A DNA stretch of 64,000 bases from Hemiscyllium ocellatum (lineage: Eukaryota). Positions 12,269 through 25,213 of the stretch are shown in pieces. The stretch is from contig NW_026867509.1 in NCBI RefSeq assembly GCF_020745735.1, forward strand, positions 1,736,001 to 1,800,000, written 5' to 3'. Position 1 is the first letter of the stretch. The number at the start of each line of letters is the position of its first letter. A program made the position numbers and the translations under genes. The notes beneath the pieces are model-generated. The model made no database searches. It saw nothing but the letters and a program-made list of their open reading frames with translations, and was not told where the DNA came from.

Positions 12269-14270
12269 GAACATAGAACATTACAGCGCATACAGGCCCT
12301 TCTGCCGTCGATGTTGCGCCGCCCTGTCATACTAATCTGAAGCCCATCCCAACTACACTATTACATGTACGTCCACTTGCCTGGCCAATGATGACTTAAA
12401 TGCTCTTAAACCTGGCGAATCTACTACCGAAGCAGGCAAAGCATTCCATACCCTTACTACTCTTTGAGTAAAGAAACTACCTCTGACAATTGTCTTATAC
12501 CTATCTTCCCTTACTTTAAAGTTGTGTCCCCTCGTTTTTGCTGTCCCCATACTTGGAAAAAGGCTCTCCCTCTCCACCCTATCTAATCTTTGATTATCTT
12601 GTGTGTTTCTATTAAGTCACCTCTCAACCTTCTTCTCTCTAACGGGGACAGCCTCAAGGCCCTCAGCCTTTCCTCGTAAGACATTCCTTCCATGCCAGGC
12701 AACATCCTAGTAAATCTCCTCTGTACCCTTTCCAAAACTTCCACATCCTTCTTACAATGCGGTGACCAGAACTGTACACAATACTCCAAGTGTGGCCGCA
12801 CCAGAGCTTTGTAGAGCTGCAGCATAACCTCCTGGTTCTGGAACTCAGTCCCTCTATTAATAAAGGCTAAAACACTGTATGCCTTCTTAACAACCCTGTC
12901 AGTCTGGGTGGCAACTTTCAGGGATCTGTGTATACGGACACCGAGATCTCTTTGCTCATCTGCACTCCCAAGAATCTTACCATTAGCCCAGTACTTTACA
13001 TTCTGATTACTCCAGCCCAAGTGTATCACCTCACATCTGTCCACATTAAACTCCATTTGCCAACTCTCAGCCCATCTCTGCATCCTATGTATGTTTCTCT
13101 GCAACCTATTACATCCTTCGTCATTATCCACAACTCCACCGACCTTAGTGTCGTCCGCAAATTTACTATCCCACCCTTCTAAGCCCTCATCCAGGTCATT
13201 TATAAAAATGACGAGCAGCATTGGACCCAACACCAATCCTTGCGGTACTCCGCTAGTAACTGGACACTAAGATGAACAAGTTTCATCAACTACACACTCT
13301 GTTTTCTTTCAGCAAGCCAATTACTGATCCAAACTGCTAGGTCTCCCACAATCTCATTACTCCGCATTGTGTATAATAGCCTACTGTGGGGAACCTTGTC
13401 AAATGCCTTGCTGAAATCCATATGCACCACATCAACCGGTTTACACTCATTTATCTGTTTGGTCACTTTGTCAAAAAACTCAATAACATTCGTTAGGCAC
13501 GACCTACCCTTCACAAAACCGTGCTGACTGTCCCTGAACCGATTATTCTTTTCTGGATGGTTATCAATCCTGTCTCTTATAAACTTTTTCACCACTTTAC
13601 CAACAACTGAAGTGAGACTCACTCGTCTTTAATTACCAGGGCTGTCTCTGCCACCTTTTTTGAACAAGGGAACCACATTTGCTATCCACCAATCCTCAAG
13701 CACTATTCCTGTAGAAAATGATTTTTTGAAGATCAATGCCAAAGACACGGCAATCTCTTTCCTTGCTTCCCAGAGTATCCTATAATCGATCCTAGGCAGC
13801 ACGGTGGCACAGTGGTTAGCATTGCTGTCTCACAGCGCCTGAGACTCGGGTTCAATTGCCGACTCAGGCGACTGACTGTGTGGAGTTTGCACGTTCTCCC
13901 CGTGTCTGCGTGGGTTTCCTCCGGGTGCTCCGGTTTCCTCCCACAGTCCAAAGATGTGCGGGTCAGGTGAATTGGCCATACTAAATTGCCCGTAGTGTTA
14001 GGTAAGGGGTAAATGCAGGGGTATGGGTGTGTAGCGCTTCGGCGGGTCGGTGTGGACTTGTTGGGCCGAACGGCCTGTTTCCACACTGTAAGTAATCTAA
14101 TTTATTCTAATCATCCCAACCGGCCCAGGGTACTTGTCTATTTTCACACTCTGCATTATTTCTAATAACTCTTCCTTGTGAACCTCAATCTCTTCTAGTC
14201 TAGATGTAAGTATCTCTGTATCTTCCTCGTCAACATTTTCATTTTCTATAGTGAAAATGTTTGCGAGGAA
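12269..14270 (-). mobile_element. 5'-truncated CR1 LINE with RT C-terminus and 3' tail, younger copy
   Basis: ORFs 13290-13622 (QHGFVKGRSCLTN, DFSKAFDKVPH) and 12583-13236 (FADDTKVGG, RPHLEYCVQFWSP); 3' tail seen as plus-strand agaacatagaacattacagcg near 12270. Confidence 0.92.
13795..14110 (+). mobile_element. tRNA-derived V-SINE (HE1-like shark SINE) nested in the antisense CR1
   Basis: A box TGGCACAGTGG, B box GGTTCAATTGCC, V-domain GTGTGGAGTTTGCACGTTCTCCCCGTGTCTGCGTGGGTTTCCTCCGGGTGCTCCGG, and an AATCT-type tail. Confidence 0.88.
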
Positions 14271-15659
14271 GATGATTTGAAGGAAAACGTAGCTGTTCTA
14301 ATAAATAATTCAGAGGAGCTTACAAAGATTGATAGAGTTGCGAATTGTAAAGAGGGCAGTGCGAGAATATATCAGAATATAGATCAGTTGGAGACATGGG
14401 CAGGAAAAAGGCAGATGGAATTTCATCTAGACAGATGTGAGGCGATGCATTTTGGTAAGTCAAATACTGCTGAAAATTATGAAGTGAATGCCAGAACATG
14501 TTGAAATTTTGATATGCGGAGCGATCTGCGTGTGCACATCCACAGATCACTGAAGGTGGCAGTGCAGATAAATAAGGTAGCAAAGTAAAGGCCTATGACA
14601 TGCTTGCCTTCATTTGAATGGACAAGAATATAAGGTCTGAAAGTTATGCTGCAGCATTATGAACTTCAATTAGGCCACACTTGAAATATTGACACGGTTC
14701 TGTTCATCATACTACCAGAAGGAAGTCGGCGAAGTGGGGAAAAGTTTTACAATAGTGTTGCCTGGTTAGGAACCAGTTTAACTGTCAAGAAAGGTTGAAT
14801 GTACTAGGATCATTTTCAATGGAATGCAGGAGGTTGAGGGGCGACCTGGTAGACTTTTTAATGTTGCAAATGGCATGATAGAGTGGAAAGTATGAGGACG
14901 TCTCCCAGGATGGAGGGGTTAGTTAGTAGGGGACAAAGGTTCAACGTGCGAGGAGGGAGGGTTTAAGAGAGCTGTGCGAGGCAAGTGTTTTGCACAAAGG
15001 GTGATGAGTGCCGGGAATATGCTGCTGCCCGAGCAGACGGTGGAAGCAGACAGTAGCAGAATTCAAGAAACAACTGGAAGAATACATGAATAGGAAGGCA
15101 ATAAAGGAACACATTCCTTTCCTTCACTCTTAATTTTTTCCATCATTCTGAATCGTCTTTTTTTTTGCAATTGTCCAGCTCCTATCTGCATACTGCGAAT
15201 CAAATCAATGATACTGATCCTCGGTTTTTGGCTTCCAGTGGATCTGACCATTATCAAAACAATGACAATTTCCTCCCCTGAAGTATGTTAGTGACTGAGA
15301 TGTTTTTTTTTTCTGGCAAGTGGCAATGGGTTCATAGACATCATTAGAGTATTAATTCCAGATTTTATTATTCTTTTTCCCTCAAATGATTTGAACATAG
15401 CACGAAACAAGCCTCCGGCCATTTGTATTTGCTACAATGAATTTTGATCACAGTCTTTCTGGCCAGTGCCGGTACTACTACACTTGAAGTACGAAAACGC
15501 AAAATAAAAATTTGAAAATGTTCTGATTAAAAATAGCTACCTCGGGCAGAGACAGGTTGCACTCATTGGCAAAGTGTGGCCATAATTCCATGGTCAATTT
15601 GACTATATTCCCAATATTCAGATATTTGTGCGAACTACAAATAGCCCAAACATCAGCTT

Positions 15660-15990
15660 AGAACACAGAACGTAGAACATACAACAGTACAGCAGAGTCT
15701 AGGCCATTCGGCCCACCATTTTGTACTGACCTTTCATCCTATTCTAAGATCTCACTAAGCTACACACACGCAATTTTACCATCAGTTATGTTCTGATCCA
15801 AGAGTAGCTTGAATGCCCCTAACGTATATGACTCGACAACCACTGCTTGCAATGCATTCGACGCACCCACCACTCTCTGTGCAAAGAACCTACCTCTGAC
15901 ATGTCCCCTAAGCGTTCCTCCAATCATCTTAAAATTTGCACCATCGTAATAGCCATTTCCTCTCTGGAAAATATATTTGGCTATCCACTC
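15660..15990 (-). mobile_element. CR1 3' end fragment
   Basis: agaacacagaacgtagaacatacaacagtac..ggccattcggccc tail, followed by reverse CR1 3' sequence. Confidence 0.7.
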
Positions 15991-16229
15991 TACCTAAGCC
16001 TTACATCATAACTTGTTTTAAAGTGGGAAGGCATTCCAAAGCAATGACGCAATGTCCGGACAAAGGTGCAAAATGACCATCCACGATCATTGACTATCAC
16101 CAGCAAGCAGAGAGTCGACAATGAGCAACATTCCGTTCTGAAAAGTAGAGACACACAGTTTGTCAATGGTCACTGGCAGTGCTCATTGGGTGTTAAACAC
16201 ATTGTAGACATTTTTAAACAACTGAGAGT

Positions 16230-17572
16230 TCTTGTTACGAACGTTTTGTACTCTTTCTAGGTGGCATCCTCAGTGCTTGGGAGCCTCCTGTGAAGCGCTT
16301 CTGTGATGTTTCGTCCGGCACTTATCGTGGCTTGTCTCTGGCACTTCCGATTGTCAGTTGCTGTCCGCTGCAGTGGCCAGCATATTGGGTCAGTGCCATG
16401 CCTCTAGGAATTCCCTGGCTGTTCTCTGTTTGGCTTGCCCTATAATAGTAGTGTTGGCCCAGTCGAATTCATGTTGTTTGTCATCTGAGTGTGCAGCTAG
16501 TTAGGATAGTTGGTCGTGTCGTTTCGTGCCTACTTGGTGCTCATGGATGCGGTCTGTTAGCTGTCTTCGTTTTTGTCCTATGAAGTGTTTTGTACAGTCC
16601 TTGCATGGGATTTTTTACACTACGTTTGTTTGCTCATGCTGGGTATCGGGTCCTTTGTCCTGGTGAGTTGTTGTCTGAGCGTGGCTGTTGGTTTGTGTGC
16701 TGTTATGAGTCCTAATGGTCGCAGCAGTCTGGCTATCAGTTCGGAAATGCTCTTGATGTATGGTAGTGTGGCCAGTCCTTTGGGTTACGGCATGTCCTCG
16801 TTCCATTGTCTTACCCTTAGGCATCTGTTGATGAAATTGCGCGGGAATCTGTTTTTGGTGAATACCTTGTATAGGTGTTCTTCTTCCTCTTTTTGCAGTT
16901 CTGGTGTGCTGCAGTGTGTTGTGGCCCTTTTGAATAGTGTCCTGATGCAACTTCGTTTGTGTGTGTTGGGGTGGTTGCTTTCATAGTTCAGGACTTGGTC
17001 TGTGTGTGTGGCTTTCCTGTATACGCCACTGAATTCTCCACTCGGTGTTCGCTGTACCATCATATGTAGGAATGGGAGCTGGTTGCCATTTTTTTCCTCT
17101 CTCGTGAATCGGATTCCTGTGAGTGTGGCGTTGATGATCTGGTGTGTGTTCTCTATTTCTGTGTGTTTTAATGATTACAAAGGTTTGGGTTGCATTTGCG
17201 CTAAGACTGTTTGTTCTAACCTTTGCATTACTGCTTCTGCTACCAGTCCAGAAATCGGTGAGCCCATGGGTGTTCCGTTGATTTGTTCGTCTATCTGGTT
17301 TTTGAATGTGAAGTGTGTTGTGAGGTACAGGTCCAGTAATTTAAGTATGCCGTCTTTGATAATAGGTTCAACGTCCTGTTGCCTGTTCTGTATGTCCATC
17401 AGGTTGGATATTGTTTCTCTGGCTAGGGTTTTGTCGATCGAGGTGAACAGTGCCGTTACATCGAATGAGACCATGGTTTCTTCCTTGTCTATGTGTATAT
17501 TTCTGATGATGTCCAAGAATTCTTGGGTTGACTGTATAGAGTGTCTGGATCCGCAGCTCAGGTGCTACAGCA
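16230..17572 (-). mobile_element. Penelope-like retroelement (RT plus GIY-YIG region), truncated by the gap
   Basis: MVSFDVTALFTSI, GTPMGSPISG, VYRKATHTDQVLNYESNHPNTHKRSCIRTLFKRA; degenerate hammerhead motif at its end (about 16235-16276). Confidence 0.88.
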
Positions 17573-18071
17573 NNNNNNNNNNNNNNNNNNNNNNNNNNNN
17601 NNNNNNNNNNNNNNNNNNNNNNNNNNNNNNNNNNNNNNNNNNNNNNNNNNNNNNNNNNNNNNNNNNNNNNNNNNNNNNNNNNNNNNNNNNNNNNNNNNNN
17701 NNNNNNNNNNNNNNNNNNNNNNNNNNNNNNNNNNNNNNNNNNNNNNNNNNNNNNNNNNNNNNNNNNNNNNNNNNNNNNNNNNNNNNNNNNNNNNNNNNNN
17801 NNNNNNNNNNNNNNNNNNNNNNNNNNNNNNNNNNNNNNNNNNNNNNNNNNNNNNNNNNNNNNNNNNNNNNNNNNNNNNNNNNNNNNNNNNNNNNNNNNNN
17901 NNNNNNNNNNNNNNNNNNNNNNNNNNNNNNNNNNNNNNNNNNNNNNNNNNNNNNNNNNNNNNNNNNNNNNNNNNNNNNNNNNNNNNNNNNNNNNNNNNNN
18001 NNNNNNNNNNNNNNNNNNNNNNNNNNNNNNNNNNNNNNNNNNNNNNNNNNNNNNNNNNNNNNNNNNNNNNN
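17573..18071. other. Assembly gap (499 N)
   Basis: Run of n. ORFs 17002-18123 and 17541-18110 cross the gap and are artefacts. Confidence 0.99.
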
Positions 18072-18459
18072 NGAAACTGGAAAAGGATGGGAAAGGATCT
18101 TAAGACCTAGATTTGAGATCTAGCTGTCTCTGCGGCTTGTTCTGATGACGTCTCGAAAATCTGTGGACAAAACTGTTGACACAAATAATAAGAGCACTCT
18201 TACAAATTAATTAAATACGTGAACTAATCTGAAATTTCAAAACAAACACTTAATTGAAGAGATAAAGTTGACGATCTTAGAAATGGAAATATGAATCATC
18301 AGCGGTTCAGTTGATGGAGAGAGAAAACTAGGTTTGTGGAAAGGTTGGAAGCACAGAATCCACGATTTTCCACAGATATAGAGCAAACATTTATTTTACC
18401 AATGATGCAGACTGAAGGCGTGAAACAGCACATTGAACTCGATGTTCACTGACCTGTAA

Positions 18460-19430
18460 AACGTGTGCTTGAATGCGGAAGTGGAAAGCTGGATGAGTAA
18501 ATTTGCCGATGATAAGAAGGGATGTGGAATGGTAGAGAGTTTGGAGGAATGTTGCAAGTTGCAACGGGACATTGAAAGCATGCAGAACTTGGCTGAGAAG
18601 TGGCAGATGGAGTTCAACCTTGGAAAGTATCAAGAAATTCACTTTGCAAGTTTGAATTTGAATGCAGAATACAGGGTCAAGGCAGCATTCTTGGCAATAT
18701 CGAGGAACAGAGAGATCTTGGAGTCCATGTCCACAGATCCTTCAAAGCTGCCACCCAAGTCAAAAGGGGCGTGAAACAGCTATATTGTGTTTTGGCTTTC
18801 ATTAGTAAGGGGATTGAGTTGAAGGGCCGCGAGGTTATGCTGCAGCTCTATAGAGCCATGGTCAGATCACACTTGGAATATTGCGCTCAGTGATGGTTAA
18901 CTCATGATAGAAAGTATGGGGAAGCCTTAGAGGTAGTGCAGAAGAAGCTTACCAGGATGCTTCCTGGTCTGGAGGGCATTTCGTATGAAGCAAATTTGAG
19001 AGAGCGAGAGCTTTACTCAATGGAGCAAAGAAGGATGAGAGATGACTTGATAGACGTGAAGAAGAGGATGAGTATAATAGATACAATGAATAGTCAGAGA
19101 CGTTTTCCCATGGTGGAAGTAGCTATCATGAGTGGGCATAATTTTATGTTGAATGGAGGAAGGTTTAGACATGATTTCAGGGGGTAGATTCTTTACACAG
19201 AGAGTCGATGGTGCGTGGAATGCACTGCCAACAGTGGTAGTAGAATTGGAAACTTCATCGAAATTTTACCGACTCCTGGATAGGGACATAGAAGATAGTA
19301 CAATGAGGGATATGTCGATTAGTCTGGTCAATGAGTAGAATAAACGTTCGGCACAATATCGAGGGCCCAATGGCCTGTATTGTGTTGCACTGTTCTGTTC
19401 TCGATGTTCGACGTTCGATGTTCTAAATCG
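18460..19430 (+). mobile_element. CR1 LINE 3' fragment
   Basis: SWMSKFADDKK, RSHLEYCAQ, GRFFTQRVDGAWNALP, and a gttcgatgttct tail. Confidence 0.85.
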
Positions 19431-19579
19431 TACTTTATATCTTCCCAAATTTGTCACTCACAATGTCCAGCTATTTATTTTACTAGACTAGATACTACAT
19501 CACCTACTCCTATAGAGAGCTGTGCCATTAATTACAGTTAACTTCACTTTGTCATTTCTCTCAGATTTGCTGGAATTAC

Positions 19580-21830
19580 GTTACACCCTGTCTCTGTTCA
19601 AAATAAGTTAGATTTTGGACTGGATAACGAACCCGGCCAGGTGTTAGGTTTGGAGGTAAGTTAGCACTTTGGTGATAGTCACCATAATTCATTTATGTTG
19701 ATTTTAGTGATGGAGAGGAATAGGTATGTAACGCAGGGCAAGAGTTATAGCTGGGGGAAAGATGCAATTAAGCAAGATTTATGATGCATAATGATGGGCA
19801 CAATTAATATGTGGAGCATATACAAGTTCCAGCTGCTGTGGGCCCTTCATAAGCATGTACCGATCAGGCAGGAACGAAGTTTTTGAGCGCAGGAGCCGTG
19901 GTTGATTGAGGAAGTTGAATCTATTTTCAAGAGGAGGAAGAAGGCTTATGTTATAATAAGCTGTGATGGCTCAATTGGGGGGCTTGTGAGTTACACGTTA
20001 GCCAGGAAATACCTAAAGAGAGAGCTAAGAAGAGCCAGGAGTGGACATGATAAGTCATTGGCGAACAGGATGAAGGAAAACCCTCAGGCTTTCGACAGAT
20101 ATATCAGAAATAAAAGAATGATTAGAGGAAGATTACGGCCAATCAAGCATAGTGGTGGGAAGTTGGAAGTGGTGCCAGAGGAAATAGGTGAATACTGTTC
20201 TTTGGTATTCACTTTAGAAAAAGATAACGTGCTCAGGGAGTACACTGAGATAAAAGCTACTAGACCAGATAGGACTGAGGCGCATAAGGAGGAGGTGTTA
20301 GCATTTCTGGAAAGTGTAAAAATATATAAGTCCCCTGTGCCGAATGGAATTTATCCTAGAATTCTCTGCGAAGCCAGGGAGGAGATTGCACAGCATTTGG
20401 CTTTGATCTTTATGTCACCATGATCTACAGGAACAGTGCCAGAAGATGGAAGGATAGCAAATGTTGTTCCCTTCCTAAAGAAGGGAAGTAGAGACAACCC
20501 TGGGTATTTTGCACCTGTCAGCCTTATTTCGGTTGTAGGTAAAGTGTTGGAAAGGGTTGTAAGAGATAAGATTTATAATCATCTAGAGATGTATAAGTTA
20601 TGGATAGTCCACGCGGTTTTGTGAAGGTTAGGTCGTGCCACACAAACTTTATTGAGATTTTTGAGATGGTGACCAACAGGTGGGTGAGGGTCAAGCGGTT
20701 GATGTGCTGAACATAGATTTAAATAAGGCAATTAATAAGGTTCCCCACAGTAGACTAGTGCGCAATGTACAGATGCATGAGATTGAGGGTGATTTAGACG
20801 TTTGGATCAGATATTAGCTCACTGAAAGAAGATAGAGATGGTTGGTGGCAAATGTTCATCCTTGAGTTCAGTTACAAGAGGGAGACTGCAAGGATCTGTT
20901 GAGCATCCGCTGTTGTTTGTCATTAATATAAATGACCTGGAACAAGGCATCGAAGTTTGGGTTAGTCAATTTGCGATTGACACTAAGGTGTGTAGAGTTG
21001 TGGATCGTGATGAAGGATGTTGGAGAGACGTGGATAAGCTGCAAAACTGGGCTTACAGGCGGCAAATGGAGTTTAATGCGGAAAGGTGTGAGGTGATTCA
21101 CTTTGAAAGGAGTAACAATAATGCAGAGGACTGTGCTCATGGTCAGTTTCTTGGATATTTCAGTGTCCAGGTACATAGATCCCTGAAAGTTGCCACCCAG
21201 CATGATAGGGCTGTTAAGAAGGCAAACGGTTGGTTAACTTTTATTGGTAGAGGGATTGAGTTTCCGAAGCATGAAGTCATGCTGTAGCTGGACAAAACAC
21301 TGGTGCAACATTTTGAGTGTTGCGTACAGTTCTAGTCACCACACTATAGAGAGGATGTGAAAGCTTTGGAAATGGCTCAGAGGATATTTACTGGGATATT
21401 GCCTGTTATGGAGGGAAGGTCTTACGAGGAAACGCTGAGGTGCCTGTAGCTGTTTTCGTTGGAGAGAAGAAGGTTGACACAACTTAATTGAAACATATAA
21501 AATAATCCGAGGGTTAGATAATTTGGACAGTGATAGTCGTTTTATCTCGGATGGCGATGGCTAGCACGATTCGATATAGCTTTAAATTGAAAGATGATAG
21601 ATACAGGACAGATGTCAGAGTTAGCTTCTTTACTCAGAGATTAGCAGGGGGCGTATAACGCATCCCATGCAACAGTTCTGGATTCGCAACCTTTCAGGGC
21701 ATTTAAGTAGTCATTGGATAGGCATATGGAACCAAATTGGAACTGGTAGGTTAGATGAACTTCAGATTGGTTCCATCAGTTGGCGCAACATTGAGTGCTG
21801 AAGGCTGGTGCTTAACTGTCACGTTTTATG
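19580..21830 (+). mobile_element. Decayed CR1 LINE, ORF2 3' part
   Basis: KENPQAF, SPVPNGIYPRIL, KKGSRDNPGYFAPVSLISVVGKVLE, QMEFNAERCEVIHF; many stops; CR1 3' tail. Confidence 0.85.
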
Positions 21831-22827
21831 TTCTGTGTCACTAATGTATGAAATTATCCTCTATCTTAATTATTGTTTCTTGGAACAGTGTCAATGGCAT
21901 TATGCAATCACGTTATTTACTGGATTTGACCTTGTTTTAGTTCATACTGCAACTTTACGTGTCTTAATTGCTACTGCAAATTTATATATCTCTTTCAAAG
22001 TTACACTACGTCTGTCCCAGTGAACACTTCAATCAGGTTCATCCCAATTGTTCCTGCAGACACTGTGGAATTTCTGCATTACATTGACCAAGTCTGCTTT
22101 GTTGATGAACCTGGCAACATATTTTAAAACAGCTTCCAGTCACTCGTTAACCTGATATTTCTGTCCTTATATTAAACATTGACATTGATCAACTGTTCCT
22201 GAACAAGCAACTGTGATCAGGAGCATCAGCACTTAAACGGCCTTTCGGCATTCTGATTGTTCAGATTAAATGAAGGATTTTTCAGATTCAGTGGGTGGGA
22301 GAAGATTTGCATTTGACAACCACTACGACATTAACGTCCCATGCTTGCTAACTTCCCATGCTTGTTTCCCAAAGGTTCAAACGCAAATTTATGAAAATGT
22401 TAAAATACCAGTCACTAAAAGATATATGAATGAACGCAAATGAAAATCTAGGACAACGCTTTAAATGATTAATCAACTGGGGAATAGCAGAAGTCAAAGT
22501 AGAAAGAAAGTTCAGATGCAGGAGCTCAGCTCAATGTCCACCATTGGCGGATCTCCCTGATGCAGACACAACATCATGATTTGTGGACATGGACGAAACA
22601 AAGCAATTCCAACGACCCTGTCCCGACCTCAAATACAATTATTCACCTTGTTTAAAGACATGAAGCAGAGAGTTAATCTCTTTGTGTAGCGAACTGTAAG
22701 TAAGGTGCATGCTGTTATTTAATTGTCACTCTCGAGACAATCACTTAGAATATATGAGAGCCCACTTGAATGTGTCACAGAACCAACATCCACAGCAACA
22801 GCCAACTGCTACCGTTTCTGAGCGAAG

Positions 22828-25213
22828 ATGCACGCGCCAGTCATTGCCCCCTTCTTTCTCATTTGCTATTCAATTCTCGCAGTTATTGGAGCCCCTGGTA
22901 AGACACTGACGCTCGAGAAAATCGTTCTCCCAATACTTTATTTGCAAAAAAATAATTTTTTTCACTTTCAGGATCCTGCAGATCTTTTAAAATATTGAGC
23001 GTTTTGATTTTAAGTGACTTCAACCGGATTCCTGTGCATACATTGCATTTTGGATCCGATAGTCCCAAGGCAAATAATCGTGCACTACTTCCAATTTCAT
23101 TTTAATACAAGGCAAGCTGTTCTTGTTTCTTATATGTTGTGTATTTATTGGAAAATGGTCCAATAGACGCCGAATTGTGAGAAACAACTACGCATGAATA
23201 TTAAATTGTAATTATTGTTACATATACTATCCATTCCAATTCAGCAGAATGCAATCGAGCCTTTCAGTTGATTGTGTGTTGAATACTTTGTCACAGTGTA
23301 GTGAAATGCTCTTCTGCATGGATCGCATTGCAGTATTTGAAGATGATTTATTTTGTGGTAGTACTTTATGAGATGTTTATTATTTAAATAAACATTTAGT
23401 GATCATATTAATCTACAGTGTGCGCTGTGGAAGGATATGTTAAAGTATAGAATTCCCAATGGATGGCACCAGTGGTTTCAGGAATGCATTCAATTTAATC
23501 CAAAGACGTCAGTGGAGATGCAATTTTTCAGCCATTGGTATTTTGATTCTCTGCAGCAAAGTTTCGAGTATTTTGGATAATTGTATTTTTATATAATTAC
23601 CCAGAGAAGCGTTGTTCACAACTGCGAGAAAGTGTAGTGGCGTTTCGCCTCGAAATGCCTCACTGTATGTAGCATTCACCAGAACAACTTCAGCAAACCG
23701 ATTTAGACTCGAGTAATGTGAGATATTGCCAAACGTTTTGATCAATGTAACATCTGATAGAAGGGCGCAGAAGCAGAACAGCTGAGGTGACAATTCCAGA
23801 TAGTGTTACGAGTGGCTTTATGAGTTAAATCTTTAAGTGACACAGTTAGTAGGATCAATTATAGGAGACACGGGAAACAGATTGAAGTTAGCTGAGATTT
23901 CAGATCATTTTGTATGATTTTCTGAAACCGATGTGGTGAGTCATCAGAAGTTCAGAAAAGTCGTAGGTTGATATTATAAAGAATGAGACATCACTCGTAA
24001 GGAGGTTCATCTTTATGAGTTGAAGGTTGACCGGGGTTTGGTATGAATAATTCATGGCAATAACATTACTTCATTTGTTCCTGAATTGTACAAATCACAA
24101 CTGGTATTTATTTAGTGACCAGAGAGTGATGTTCATTCCCAGGACTGATTATATTGATCGGTGTTTGATGCTGACAATGGATGTCCAATATTTGTCAACA
24201 GTTTCAGAAAATGCAGAGACTCGAAGTGGCAGGTTGATGATTGAAGAATGCACAAAGCAGCAATTAGTGTTTGGAATGCATTAAGTTATATCTTTCTCTT
24301 TTAATCTCTCACAGCCAACTTGTTGGCAATCATTGTCCTATTTCGAGGACGGTGCGGTCTCTCCCGGTGCATCTCCTACTACCTGGTGGCGATCGCAGTG
24401 ACAGACTTTCTTGTCATCATCTTTGCAGTCATCCTCAACCGAATCAGCCGCTTCTACTTCCGGGAAAGTGTCTTGTCTACCACTCCTGCATGCACTCTCA
24501 GCATCGTGGTAGTCTTTGCCATCTGGGATTGTTCGGTCTGGCTGACAGTTACCTTTACCTTCGACCGTTTTGTGGCCATCTGTTGCCAGAAATTGAAAAC
24601 CAGGTACTGCACAGAGAAGATGGCGTCATTGGTCATCGGGATAGTTTGTGCATTGTGCTGCATCAAGAACATCCCATTCTACTTTATCTATGAACCCATA
24701 TACGTCTTAGATGGGATATCCTGGTTTTGCAACGTCAAAGCCAATTACTACATCCAGCCAGCTTGGCAGGTTTATGATTGGTTCTTCCAGATGTATACTC
24801 CTTTTCTCCCATTCTTTGCCATTCTGCTGCTCAATGCCCTGACCATACGACAGATCGTAGTGGCCAACAGAGCCCGCAGGAGGCTCCGGGGCACAGAGAA
24901 ACAGCATGACTCAGAGATGGAGAACCGCAAGAGGTCAATTATTCTGCTATTCGCTATCTCTTTCAGTTTTCTCCTCCTGTGGGCCCCTCTTGTTGGACAT
25001 TTCATCTTCACGAAGCTTACAGCCGAGGGTTACTATGGTGGCCTTGATTTCAGTGACCCTCAGTATATCTTCCAGGAGGCAACCAATACACTTCAGTTAC
25101 TAAGTTCCTGCAACAACGTCTTCATTTACACAATATCTCAGAATATGTTTCGAGAGGATTTGAAGAATGTTCTGATCTACCCATTTGCCACCCTCATTAA
25201 TTGCTTTAAATAA
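22828..25213 (+). CDS. Intact GPR139-like orphan class A GPCR copy B, 322 aa (exon 1 22828-22897, exon 2 24315-25213)
   Basis: Exon 1 ATG CAC GCG CCA..GGA GCC CCT G|GTAAGA; acceptor TCTCTCACAG|CC AAC TTG; 70+899=969 nt, open to TAA. MHAPVIAPFFLICYSILAVIGAPANLLAIIVL.. has seven hydrophobic segments, TM2 Asp (AVTDFL), DRF, ECL1 TPAC and ECL2 WFC cysteines, LWAP, and SSCNNVFIY. The family assignment is from recalled similarity, not a search. Confidence 0.9.

Larger units (their letters stand above)
9640..15110 (+). mobile_element. Decayed near full-length CR1 LINE, split by a younger antisense CR1 inserted at 12269-14270
   Basis: Esterase-type ORF1 remnants (about 9750-9950), endonuclease-region remnants (10400-10900), RT motifs KKGSRDNPGNYSPVNL and QHGFVPGR, then QLETWAGKRQMEFHLDRCEAMHFG after the interruption. 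The host resumes at the junction ..ACATATATA | GATGATTTGAAGGAAAACGTAGCTG. Confidence 0.8.

Noticed and set aside
17002-18123. Longest ORFs in the track (373 aa and 189 aa)
   Set aside because: They run through the N gap and are antisense to a Penelope RT.
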